DNA from: Candidatus Coproplasma sp.
GTDB taxonomy: Bacteria; Bacillota; Clostridia; Christensenellales; Borkfalkiaceae
Assembly: GCA_051884175.1 (NCBI GenBank)
Contig: JBJEVD010000054.1
Coordinates: forward strand, 2,294-66,293
Reading direction: 5' to 3'
DNA: 64,000 nt
Part shown: piece by piece, positions 35,346-44,147 of the stretch
Layout: every line of letters starts with the position of its first letter
Numbering within the stretch: the stretch's first letter is position 1
Program-made: the position numbers and the translations under genes
Notes under the pieces: model-generated
The model's input: the letters and a program-made list of their open reading frames with translations, nothing else
Told to the model about the DNA's origin: nothing
The model's database searches: none

Positions 35346-35960
35346 ATGTCCACGATAACTTCAATCGAGCCGCAAGTTAAGGATAAATCCCGCTGTTCAA
35401 TATTTATTGACGGCAGGTTTTACTGCGGAATAAAGTTGGAAGTTGCCGTAAAATACCGTCTCAAAGCAGGTATGACGGTGGACAAAACCTTCCTCGACAA
35501 TATACAACTTGAAACCGAAAAGTCACAGGCGTTGGATAAGGCGTTAACCCACATCTCTTCAAGCCCCAAGACGAGAAAGCAGATTGCCGACTTCCTGTCA
35601 AAAAAAGGCTACGTCGAAGCCGTAATAAACTACGTTTTCGAGCGGTTAGATTACTACGGCTATGCGGACGACAGGCAGTACTGCCGTATGTATGCCGAGA
35701 GCGTTTCCGGCAAGAGCAAGAAGGCGATAGAGGTTGAACTTTTAAAAAGAGGAGTAGATAAAGGCATTATAGAAGAGGAACTCGCCGACCTTTCCAACGA
35801 CGAAGACGAGGTGTTTTGCCTGCTTAAAAAGTATTTAAGAGGTAAGCCGCTTTCGAAAGAAAACATATATAAAGGGTGCCGATACCTGATTTCAAAGGGA
35901 TATGATTACGATACTGTCAAATCGGCAAGCGAGAGGATAGATGAAGATACAGAAAGTTGA
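35346..35960 (+). CDS. recX: Recombination regulator RecX
   Basis: 204 aa with the three-repeat helical pattern and the FLSKKGY, RLDYYGYADD and LISKGYDYD motifs. Confidence 0.82.
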   Translation: MSTITSIEPQVKDKSRCSIFIDGRFYCGIKLEVAVKYRLKAGMTVDKTFLDNIQLETEKSQALDKALTHISSSPKTRKQIADFLSKKGYVEAVINYVFERLDYYGYADDRQYCRMYAESVSGKSKKAIEVELLKRGVDKGIIEEELADLSNDEDEVFCLLKKYLRGKPLSKENIYKGCRYLISKGYDYDTVKSASERIDEDTES

Positions 35961-36642
35961 ATTAGACGAGATAGATTCTACAAACGAATTTTGTAAACGT
36001 TTCCCCAAGGAAGCCGATTTGTTAGTCTGGGCAAAGCGGCAGACCAAGGGCAAGGGAACCAAGGGCAGAAGCTTTATTTCCGACGAGGGCGGCGTGTACG
36101 TTTCGCTTATGAGAAGGTATAAAAATTTTGATTTTGCCAACACCTTTTCGATAATGATTAACGCCTGCGTAGCCGTATGCAAAACGCTTGAAGCGTTTAA
36201 TATACACCCCACGGTTAAATGGGCAAACGACGTATTGGTTAACGGTAAAAAAATCTGCGGAACGCTTATCGAAAACAGGTTGGGTGCAAACGGCGTATGC
36301 CTTTCAATAGTGGGCATAGGGTTAAACGTCAACAATATCCTGCCCGACGAATTAAAAGATATTGCAACCACAATGAGGGAATGTAGGGGCAGAAAATTAA
36401 ATTTGAAGTCTGTCCGCAAGCAGCTCATTAAAAATTTGACCGAGCAGTACACCGTAGATGAGTATAAGACCTTTATCGATTGGTTCGGTCAGGAAGTTTA
36501 TTTAGATACCAACGGCGAGAGATTTTGCGCAACCGCCGTTGACGTGGACGAACGCGGAAATTTGATTTGTAATATCGACGGCGAAATCAAAAAAATAAGT
36601 AGCGGAGAAATGAGTTTGAGGTTCAAATGCAACGCTGTTTAA
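35941..36642 (+). CDS. birA: Biotin--[acetyl-CoA-carboxylase] ligase (group I, no HTH)
   Basis: A QTKGKGTKGRSF (GRGRxGR-like) loop, KWANDV and GIGLNVN are present. Confidence 0.8.
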   Translation: MKIQKVELDEIDSTNEFCKRFPKEADLLVWAKRQTKGKGTKGRSFISDEGGVYVSLMRRYKNFDFANTFSIMINACVAVCKTLEAFNIHPTVKWANDVLVNGKKICGTLIENRLGANGVCLSIVGIGLNVNNILPDELKDIATTMRECRGRKLNLKSVRKQLIKNLTEQYTVDEYKTFIDWFGQEVYLDTNGERFCATAVDVDERGNLICNIDGEIKKISSGEMSLRFKCNAV

Positions 36643-38054
36643 AAAACGAAACAATGCGTCAAGCCGACAGGGCGACAATAGAGGGCGGAATACCCGGCAA
36701 AGAGCTTATGGCAAGGGCAGGAAAAGCCGTTGCGGACGAGGTGGCTTGCGAGTTCAAAAAGTTAAATGCAAAAAGCGTTTTGATAGTCTGCGGTACGGGC
36801 AATAACGGCGGAGACGGCTACGTTTGTGCAAGGCTTTTAAAAGGGCAGGGAATAACTGTAAAAGTATACGCCGCAGAGGGTACGCTCTCACCCGACTGCC
36901 AAAGGGAAAAAGAGGCGTACGATGGGGAATATGCCTCAACTATTAAAGGTGATATTATAGTAGATTGTCTGTTCGGCACGGGGTTAAACCGCACCGTAAC
37001 AGGTCAATACGCGGACATAATCGATGCGATTAATAACACAAAGTCCTACGTTATTTCCGTAGATATTCCAAGCGGTTTAAACGGCGACAACGGCATAGCT
37101 TTAGGCTGTGCGGTAAAGGCAGATAAAACTATTGCAATCGCATATTCCAAGGTCGGGCTGTACTTAAACGACGGCATAGATTACAGCGGTGAAATAGTTG
37201 TAAAGAATATAGGAATTAACTGCGATACTCCCGACGCCATGCTTATAGAGGAACAGGACGTAAAGCAATTCTTCCGGAACCGCAATAGGAACACACATAA
37301 GGGCAGCTATGGTATATCTTGCGTGGTTGCAGGGTCAAGTCAGTATTTAGGTGCCTCCGCACTCGCTATATCCACCGTATTGAAAACGGGGTGCGGCTAC
37401 GTCTACGCCGTCGTGCCTCAAGAGATAAAATTTAACCTTGCGGTCAGCTTCCCTCAGTGCATCTATTGCGATACGCCTTACCTTAACGCCCAGGCAATAG
37501 CAATCGGTATGGGGTTAGGTTGCAGTGAAAGCACTTACGAAAAGGTGTGCAGCCTATTAAAAAACTATAAAGGTAAACTCATAATCGACGCAGACGGGCT
37601 TAACAGTTTAGCAAAGTACGGCAAAGACGTTTTAAAGACGACCGAAGCGCAAGTGCTGTTAACTCCCCATGTGGGTGAAATGGCAAGGCTTTGCGGCGTG
37701 ACCGTGCAGGAGGTTAACGCCGACCCCATAGGCGTTGCAAAACGTTTTGCGCAGGAATACGACCTGACCGTGCATTTAAAAAGTGCGGTGTGCATAACCT
37801 GCGATAAAGATAAAAGCGTAATTACCCACCGAGGTTCAACCGCCCTTGCAAAGGCAGGAAGCGGGGATATGCTTGCAGGGCTTATTTGCGGAAATTCTGC
37901 AAGGGGGCTTTCGCTCTTTGACGCGGCTGTCTGCTCTCAGTACATCTTAGGTTGTTCGGCTGAGCTATGTTCTCAAAAATATTCCGACTACGCAACGACT
38001 GCAAAAGAGATAGAAGAGAATATTTCTTTTTCTGTCAAACGCTTGACAGATTAA
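36627..38054 (+). CDS. nnr: Bifunctional NAD(P)H-hydrate epimerase / ADP-dependent dehydratase
   Basis: GTGNNGGDGY marks the YjeF N-terminal domain. The carbohydrate-kinase C-terminal domain has GSGDMLAG. Confidence 0.9.
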   Translation: MQRCLKNETMRQADRATIEGGIPGKELMARAGKAVADEVACEFKKLNAKSVLIVCGTGNNGGDGYVCARLLKGQGITVKVYAAEGTLSPDCQREKEAYDGEYASTIKGDIIVDCLFGTGLNRTVTGQYADIIDAINNTKSYVISVDIPSGLNGDNGIALGCAVKADKTIAIAYSKVGLYLNDGIDYSGEIVVKNIGINCDTPDAMLIEEQDVKQFFRNRNRNTHKGSYGISCVVAGSSQYLGASALAISTVLKTGCGYVYAVVPQEIKFNLAVSFPQCIYCDTPYLNAQAIAIGMGLGCSESTYEKVCSLLKNYKGKLIIDADGLNSLAKYGKDVLKTTEAQVLLTPHVGEMARLCGVTVQEVNADPIGVAKRFAQEYDLTVHLKSAVCITCDKDKSVITHRGSTALAKAGSGDMLAGLICGNSARGLSLFDAAVCSQYILGCSAELCSQKYSDYATTAKEIEENISFSVKRLTD

Positions 38055-38078
38055 CTTTTGCCGTGTTAAACTAAATGC

Positions 38079-38175
38079 GTTGAAAGGGAGTAGTTTAAGG
38101 CAAATCTCGTCAGGACAGCTATCAAAAGCTCGGGGTTTGACACCGCTAAATTTTTTCGGTAACAAGACTTTTAAC
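38079..38175 (+). promoter_or_regulatory. yybP-ykoY (Mn2+-sensing) riboswitch aptamer
   Basis: GUUGAAAG-GGAGUAG ... GGGGUUUGACAC ... UAACAAGAC-UUUUAAC matches the conserved GGGGAGUAG / UUGACA / (A)GCAAGAC blocks. P1 pairs GUUGAAAG with CUUUUAAC. Confidence 0.7.
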
Positions 38176-38208
38176 TTAAAGCAATTTAAGTTAGAAGTCT
38201 GTTTTTTT
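38165..38208 (+). terminator. Riboswitch expression-platform terminator
   Basis: AGACTTTTAACTTAAA pairs with TTTAAGTTAGAAGTCT and is followed by GTTTTTTT. The 5' arm overlaps the 3' strand of aptamer P1, which gives ON-switch logic. Confidence 0.7.
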
Positions 38209-38244
38209 ATATTTAAAGCAAATTAATAAAGAGAGGTAAATATT

Positions 38245-39360
38245 ATGGTTGGTTGGGCAATACTTTGGTTCTTGCTTCTAATCGTCGGTTTCGTGCTACT
38301 TGTCAAGGGTGCGGACTTCTTTGTCGACGGTGCGGCAGGCATAGCGAAAAAATTACACGTTTCTACCTTTATAATTGGTTTAACCGTGGTGGCTCTCGGC
38401 ACGTCTGCACCCGAGGCGGCGGTATCTATTATAGGCGGTATCAAAACCGCTATGGGTCAGCCCGACGGAGCGGAAGTTATAATGGGTAACGTGTTAGGCA
38501 GCAATATGATAAATATTCTGCTTATTCTCGGTTTATCTGCTGTAATAACCAAAGTGCCCGTCGAAAAGAGTTCCCGTTTTATCGAAATCCCCTTCCTTAT
38601 AGTAACTAGTATAATCTTTATCCTGCTTGGCGATATAGGCGGCGGTTATGCCTGGTACGACGGACTTATCCTGCTAGCACTCTACGGCGGCTTTATGGCG
38701 TACACAATTATTATGGCAAAGCGTTCGGGTCCCGTACTTTTGGACGAGCAGGCACCCACCGCTTCGGCGGCGGAGGCTGCGGCACCCGTCCGCACGGGCT
38801 TCGGCGGATTAATGGACAAGCTCAAGGCAAAATACGAAGAACTCTCCGAAAAGACCTGGTTCCTTATAATAATAACCGTAGTCGGTTTAGGTATGGTCGT
38901 AGGCGGTGCACAGCTCGTAGTTGATAACGCAACCTCAATTGCAGACAAGCTTTTAGGTTTACCCACCAACGTAATTGCTTTGACCGTTGTTGCCTTCGGA
39001 ACCTCTCTTCCCGAGCTTGTCACCTCGGTAACCGCTGCAAAGAAGGGCGATATGGGCTTGGCAACGGGCAACATAATAGGCAGCAATATTGCAAATATCT
39101 TACTTGTTGCCGGTTTGGGTTTTGTCAGTACGGGTGCGGCAGGCGTTGCGTTTGACTCCGGTGCTCTTATGGATGGCTATATGTCGATAATTGCTGCGGC
39201 AACGCTTTTAGGCTTCTCCTTCTTCAAGGAAAATAAGCTTGGCAAAGCGGCAGGCATAACTATGCTTATATTGCTTGTCTGCTACTTTACCTACAGAATT
39301 TTAGCCGCTTACGGCGTTTTACCTCTTTTAGAAATCCCTGCGATATTTACAAAAGCTTAA
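38245..39360 (+). CDS. CaCA-family cation/Ca2+ antiporter (YrbG-like)
   Basis: Two alpha-repeats are present (GTSAPE and GTSLPE), with about 10 TM helices and a central hydrophilic loop. Confidence 0.87.
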   Translation: MVGWAILWFLLLIVGFVLLVKGADFFVDGAAGIAKKLHVSTFIIGLTVVALGTSAPEAAVSIIGGIKTAMGQPDGAEVIMGNVLGSNMINILLILGLSAVITKVPVEKSSRFIEIPFLIVTSIIFILLGDIGGGYAWYDGLILLALYGGFMAYTIIMAKRSGPVLLDEQAPTASAAEAAAPVRTGFGGLMDKLKAKYEELSEKTWFLIIITVVGLGMVVGGAQLVVDNATSIADKLLGLPTNVIALTVVAFGTSLPELVTSVTAAKKGDMGLATGNIIGSNIANILLVAGLGFVSTGAAGVAFDSGALMDGYMSIIAAATLLGFSFFKENKLGKAAGITMLILLVCYFTYRILAAYGVLPLLEIPAIFTKA

Positions 39361-39472
39361 TTTAAAACGAACAGCTGTATAAAATCAATCTATCCCGTCA
39401 ACAATTATGGGTACAGGCGGCGTATAATGTATTATTACCGCCCCGTAAAAAATAAAAGACGAGGTAACGGAT

Positions 39473-39823
39473 ATGACCATTAAGCGAGGCGAACTGTACT
39501 ATGCAGACCTATCGCCCGTTGTGGGTAGCGAGCAGGGTGGCGTACGCCCTGTATTGGTTGTTCAGAACGATATCGGCAATAAATACTCACCGACGATTAT
39601 CGCCGCCGCCGTAACGAGCAAAATAAACAAGGCGAAGCTCCCTACGCATATCGAGCTGCCTGTAGGCGAATACGGGCTTGCAAAGGATTCGGTTATACTC
39701 TTAGAACAAATTCGCACTCTCGATAAACGGAGATTAAAGGAGAGGATAGGCGTACTCCCCGACCTAACTATGGCAAAGGTGGATAAGGCAATACTCATCA
39801 GTCTCGGGTTTATCAAACAATAA
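39473..39823 (+). CDS. mazF: MazF/PemK/EndoA-family endoribonuclease toxin
   Basis: 116 aa. [31 protein letters not shown]...[11 protein letters not shown] is near-canonical EndoA/MazF. Confidence 0.9.
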   Translation: MTIKRGELYYADLSPVVGSEQGGVRPVLVVQNDIGNKYSPTIIAAAVTSKINKAKLPTHIELPVGEYGLAKDSVILLEQIRTLDKRRLKERIGVLPDLTMAKVDKAILISLGFIKQ

Positions 39824-39830
39824 AAAGAAG

Positions 39831-39866
39831 AAATCTGCAAAGCCTAAAAAGCCTTGCAGATTTTTA
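39831..39866 (+). terminator. Intrinsic terminator after mazF
   Basis: ATCTGCAAAGC pairs with GCCTTGCAGAT and is followed by TTTTT. Confidence 0.7.
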
Positions 39867-39927
39867 ATTTTGCAAATATACGCTTAAACGCTTTTAAAAA
39901 GTCTTTTTAATATGTTATAATCAAGCT

Positions 39928-40575
39928 ATGGCTGAAAAGAAATTCAAACTTAAAGTCAGCTTCGGTATATCCGGGCTGATACTTTTGGCGGTATTTGCGG
40001 TGTTGCTTACCGCCGACTTAGTGCTTAAATATTGTGCAGAGCAATACGTTTGGCAGTTCAAAGTAATTCCCGGGCTTATTGAGGTCGTTCCCGTACAGCA
40101 CAACCCGGGTGCGGCATTCTCCTTTTTGGCGGATAAAGCTTGGGCGCAGACCTTTTTTATTGTGCTTACGTTTATAATGCTAGCCGTTATGATTGCGGCG
40201 TTTTTATTCATTCCCAAGCGTTTCGTCGTGTTAAAGGTTGCAATCGTTCTCGTTGCTTCGGGTGCCGTGGGTAACCTTGTCGACAGGCTCGCCTTCGCCT
40301 ACGTAAGAGATTTTGTAAACGTCTGGATGTTCGGCAACATGGCTTGTTGTAACTTTGCAGATTTTTGGATAGTTTTCGGCGTTATATTAGCCGTAATCGA
40401 CCTGCTGTTTTTAAACGAGTGGGCGGTGTTCCCTTTAACCAAAAGGGCGAAGGCGGCGCAAAAAGCCAGAAAGCAGGATGAAGAGACAACCGCACTTGAC
40501 CAAACGCAAGTTGAAGACAGGGTTGAAAATACGCAGGAAGAGAAGGACTCGACTTCCCACGGCGAAGAGAAATGA
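39928..40575 (+). CDS. lspA: Lipoprotein signal peptidase II, with a roughly 45-aa acidic C-terminal extension
   Basis: NPGAAFSF, GNLVDR and FADFWIV motifs are present. Confidence 0.87.
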   Translation: MAEKKFKLKVSFGISGLILLAVFAVLLTADLVLKYCAEQYVWQFKVIPGLIEVVPVQHNPGAAFSFLADKAWAQTFFIVLTFIMLAVMIAAFLFIPKRFVVLKVAIVLVASGAVGNLVDRLAFAYVRDFVNVWMFGNMACCNFADFWIVFGVILAVIDLLFLNEWAVFPLTKRAKAAQKARKQDEETTALDQTQVEDRVENTQEEKDSTSHGEEK

Positions 40576-41495
40576 GAGAGGTAACCTTTACAGCGGAAAA
40601 CAGTGCTAACCGTGCAGACGTCCTGGTTAGCGAAAATCTGACCGATTACACCCGTTCAGCCGTCAAAAAGCTGTTCGAGGGCGGTGGCGTTTTAATAGAC
40701 GGCAAGGTGGCAAAGCCCTCCCAAAGCGTTGCCAAAGGCGCAACAATTACGGTTACGTTGCCCGATTTAACCGAGTGTATCGCCAAACCCGAAGACATTC
40801 CCATAGAAATAATATATGAAGACGACGATTTAGCGGTTATAAACAAACAGCAGGGCTTGACCGTACACGCAGGCAACGGCAATCTGGACGGAACGCTCGT
40901 CAATGCACTTTTATTTAAGCTTAAAAATTTAAGCGGCATAGGCGGTGTCGTTCGCCCGGGAATAGTACACCGCATAGATAAAAACACCTCGGGTCTTTTA
41001 GTCGTCGCAAAAAACGATAAGGCTCATCTAAGCTTAGCCGAGCAGATTGCACAAAAGACCTGTCACAGAACCTACGTTGCCCTTTTGGAGGGTAATTTAA
41101 AGGACGACGAGGGCAATATAACGACTTACATAGGTCGCAACCCAAACGACAGGGTTAAAATGACAGTCGTTGCTCCGGATAAGGGAAAAATTGCTATAAC
41201 CGATTATAAGGTTTTAGACAGAAATAACGGCTACACCCTCTGCCGATTTGATCTGCACACGGGCAGAACTCATCAGATAAGGGTACACGCAAAATATTTA
41301 AACCACCCCATAGTCGGAGACGACGTCTACGGCAGGAAGAAGAGGGAGTTCAATTTAAGCGGTCAGCTTCTCCACGCCTACAGGCTGGAGCTGACGCACC
41401 CTGCTACAGGGGAGAGGATGACTTTTTTTGCCCCGTTGCCCGATTATTTCACAGCCGTGCTCAAAAAGCTTAGTATAAATTTTTCCGATATTTAA
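40572..41495 (+). CDS. rluD: RluA/RluD-family 23S rRNA pseudouridine synthase
   Basis: An S4-like N-terminus and the HRIDKNTSGLLVVAK catalytic motif are present. The lspA-rluD order is conserved. Confidence 0.9.
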   Translation: MREVTFTAENSANRADVLVSENLTDYTRSAVKKLFEGGGVLIDGKVAKPSQSVAKGATITVTLPDLTECIAKPEDIPIEIIYEDDDLAVINKQQGLTVHAGNGNLDGTLVNALLFKLKNLSGIGGVVRPGIVHRIDKNTSGLLVVAKNDKAHLSLAEQIAQKTCHRTYVALLEGNLKDDEGNITTYIGRNPNDRVKMTVVAPDKGKIAITDYKVLDRNNGYTLCRFDLHTGRTHQIRVHAKYLNHPIVGDDVYGRKKREFNLSGQLLHAYRLELTHPATGERMTFFAPLPDYFTAVLKKLSINFSDI

Positions 41496-41569
41496 AATTA
41501 ATTGATTTTTGTTGCAAAACGTAAATGCGTCTGATATAATTTATAAAAAAATTTGAGGAGATAAAAATA

Positions 41570-41899
41570 ATGGCAAAGAAAAAAACAACGACAACTTCGA
41601 CTACAAGCAATTATTCCATAGTTAAGGTATGCGCTTTCGTAGGTTTAGTACTTGCAGGCGTTGCAGGTATTATATCCTTCGTTATTTGGCTTTTGGGTTT
41701 AATCGGCGTTACTATCAGTTGGGCAAACACGGCACGCAGCATCTGCAACATAGTATCACAGGTAGCTCTGTTCATAACCGTCTGGCTTGCCGCATGGGAT
41801 TACGTAAAGCACAGAAATAAGACCTGGAGAATAATCTACGTTATTTTCCTCGTGTTGGGAATTCTCGGTTTGTGCGGTTTATCGTTCTTTAAATTATAA
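41570..41899 (+). CDS. Small 3-TM membrane protein, function unknown
   Basis: GGAG lies upstream. The protein is 109 aa with a Thr-rich N-terminus, and a strong terminator follows. Confidence 0.5.
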   Translation: MAKKKTTTTSTTSNYSIVKVCAFVGLVLAGVAGIISFVIWLLGLIGVTISWANTARSICNIVSQVALFITVWLAAWDYVKHRNKTWRIIYVIFLVLGILGLCGLSFFKL

Positions 41900-41917
41900 T
41901 TATAAAGATATGTTATC

Positions 41918-41968
41918 GTAAAAGCGGTTTACGTTAGTTTATGCGTAAACCGCTTTACTTTTTTTTTA
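41918..41968 (+). terminator. Intrinsic terminator
   Basis: GTAAAAGCGGTTTACG pairs with CGTAAACCGCTTTAC and is followed by a T9 run. Confidence 0.8.
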
Positions 41969-42058
41969 AGTTATTTTATAATTGAATTACGCTCTGAAAA
42001 TATGCTTTGCAGAGACACTTACCCATAAACAGGGTTACTATTAAAACAGGTAAAAAAT

Positions 42059-43372
42059 ATGGCAAACCCTTTAGTAGCAATCGTCGGCAGACCTAACGTG
42101 GGCAAAAGTACCTTCTTTAACAAGGTTGTCGGCAGAAAAATATCAATAACCGAAGACAAGCCCGGCGTCACGCGTGACAGGCTCTATGCCGATGCGGAGT
42201 GGAGGGGCAAGGCTTTCTCTCTCGTCGATACGGGCGGTATCGAGCTAAAGAGCGACGATATTATGTGGCGTCAGATTAAAAAGCAGGCGGAAGTCGCAAT
42301 CGAGACGGCGCAGGTAATTTTATTCTTTGTAGACGCAAAGGAGGGATTGACCTCCTCCGACTACGACGTTGCGGATATGCTCCGCCGCTGCAAAAAGCCG
42401 GTAATATTAGTCGTAAACAAGGTAGACGAATACTCCGAAGAAAAGGTGTTTGAGTTCTACTCTTTAGGCTTAGGCGAACCCTATCCCATCTCCTCCGAGC
42501 ACGGCAAGGGTATAGGCGACGTGTTGGACGAGGCGGTCAGTTGGTTTGAAAAATACGAAAATGAAGAAGACGATAGCTTAAAAATTGCAGTAGTAGGCAA
42601 ACCCAATGCAGGCAAAAGCTCTATCGTCAACCGCCTTTTAGGTTTTGAACGCTCAATTGTAACCGATATTGCAGGTACCACGAGGGATGCAATCGACACA
42701 AAGTTCACCTACGACGGCAAAAACTACACCATAATCGACACGGCGGGTATCCGCAAAAAGGCAAAGGTAGAGGACGATATCGAATACTATTCGGTCATGC
42801 GTGCATTCGACGCCGTCCGCCGTGCAGACGTGTGTCTACTAGTTGTCGACTGCTCGGAGAATTTAACCGAACAGGACACCAAAATCATAGGCTACGTTCA
42901 CGAGCAGGGCAAACCCTCTGTCATAGTTATGAATAAGTGGGATTTGATCGAAAAGGATACGCACACAATAAACAAGTTTAACGAAAAGCTTAAGGAAGAT
43001 TTAAAGTTTATGGACTACTTCCGCCCCGTATACGTGTCAGCAAAGACCGGTCAGCGTGCGGAAAAGATAATGAAGGAAGTAGATGCCGTCTACGCAAACT
43101 CTCAAAGGAGAATTTCAACGGGAACTTTAAACGACCTTATCTTGGATACGGTCAGGGCAAACGAACCTCCTTCGTACAACGGTAAACGCTTAAAGGTATA
43201 TTATTCCTCGCAGGTTTCGGTTGCACCTCCCACGTTCGTACTGTTTGTAAACAGCACTAACCTTATGCATTTCTCCTATCAAAGATTTTTGGAGAACAAC
43301 ATAAGGAATGCCTTTGACTTTTCGGGTACGCCCATCAAAATCGTAACGAGGGAAAAGAAGGAAGACCAATGA
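42059..43372 (+). CDS. der: Ribosome biogenesis GTPase Der (EngA)
   Basis: Two G domains (GRPNVGKST, GKPNAGKSS) and a KH-like C-terminus are present. Confidence 0.95.
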   Translation: MANPLVAIVGRPNVGKSTFFNKVVGRKISITEDKPGVTRDRLYADAEWRGKAFSLVDTGGIELKSDDIMWRQIKKQAEVAIETAQVILFFVDAKEGLTSSDYDVADMLRRCKKPVILVVNKVDEYSEEKVFEFYSLGLGEPYPISSEHGKGIGDVLDEAVSWFEKYENEEDDSLKIAVVGKPNAGKSSIVNRLLGFERSIVTDIAGTTRDAIDTKFTYDGKNYTIIDTAGIRKKAKVEDDIEYYSVMRAFDAVRRADVCLLVVDCSENLTEQDTKIIGYVHEQGKPSVIVMNKWDLIEKDTHTINKFNEKLKEDLKFMDYFRPVYVSAKTGQRAEKIMKEVDAVYANSQRRISTGTLNDLILDTVRANEPPSYNGKRLKVYYSSQVSVAPPTFVLFVNSTNLMHFSYQRFLENNIRNAFDFSGTPIKIVTREKKEDQ

Positions 43373-44094
43373 TTGAATTCGATATAGCTCAAGGCTGGTA
43401 TTGGCTTGTTTTAGGTGCGGTGGTAAGCTATTTAATAGGCTGTTTCCACTTTGCCATCTTAATTGCAAAAATCAAGAACAAAGATATTTTAAACGAGGGC
43501 AGCGGCAACCCGGGTGCCATGAACGTCTCCAGAAAGCTGGGTTTTAAATACGGACTTATTAACTTTTTCTGCGATGCGTTAAAGGGAGTTATCCCCGTGT
43601 TTGTCGGCTACTTCTGCTTTCAGGGAATGGTGTTTAAGGGCACGAACGTGTTAGTCTCCGACTTTATGCGTTACTATTTTGCCATATTTGCAGTGTTGGG
43701 TCACGTGTTCCCCGTGTTTATGAAGTTTAAGGGCGGTAAAGGCATTTCTACAACGATAGGGCTTTTATGGTGTTCGATTTCATGTGATACCTGGTGGTTC
43801 GCATTCGTCGGACTCGCACTGTTTATCTCGCTGTTTGTGTACGTATTCTTCACCGAATGGGGTTCAATGGGTTCGCTTATCGGCGTTGCAGGCTTTTCAA
43901 TCTGGCAGATAATAATCTTTCTTCTCCGCTACAAAACCTGCCTTGATAACGTGTACGTCATAATAACGCTTATGATTATTCTCGCCCTCAACGTTATAAC
44001 GTGGGGTGCACATAACAAAAACCTGCACCGCTTGTTGCAGGGTGAGGAACATCACACCTCGCTTAAAAAGATGCTGCATATAAAATCAAAATAA
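43369..44094 (+). CDS. plsY: Glycerol-3-phosphate acyltransferase PlsY
   Basis: GSGNPGAMN and KGGKG motifs are present. The der-plsY order is conserved, and the C-terminus is extended. Confidence 0.87.
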   Translation: MIEFDIAQGWYWLVLGAVVSYLIGCFHFAILIAKIKNKDILNEGSGNPGAMNVSRKLGFKYGLINFFCDALKGVIPVFVGYFCFQGMVFKGTNVLVSDFMRYYFAIFAVLGHVFPVFMKFKGGKGISTTIGLLWCSISCDTWWFAFVGLALFISLFVYVFFTEWGSMGSLIGVAGFSIWQIIIFLLRYKTCLDNVYVIITLMIILALNVITWGAHNKNLHRLLQGEEHHTSLKKMLHIKSK

Positions 44095-44105
44095 CAACAT
44101 AAAAA

Positions 44106-44138
44106 ATCGGGGTGAGTTTTCTCACTCCGATTTTTTTA
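44106..44138. terminator. Bidirectional terminator between plsY and the ABC operon
   Basis: AAAAAATCGGGGTGAG pairs with CTCACTCCGATTTTTTT. Confidence 0.75.
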
Positions 44139-44147
44139 TAACTAAAT

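Noticed and set aside
39361-39472. A hidden mazE/ndoAI antitoxin gene upstream of mazF.
   Set aside because: I read all three plus-strand frames by eye. The only ATG-initiated ORF is a few codons long (MGTGGV stop), and the gap is too short for an antitoxin of about 80 aa or more.
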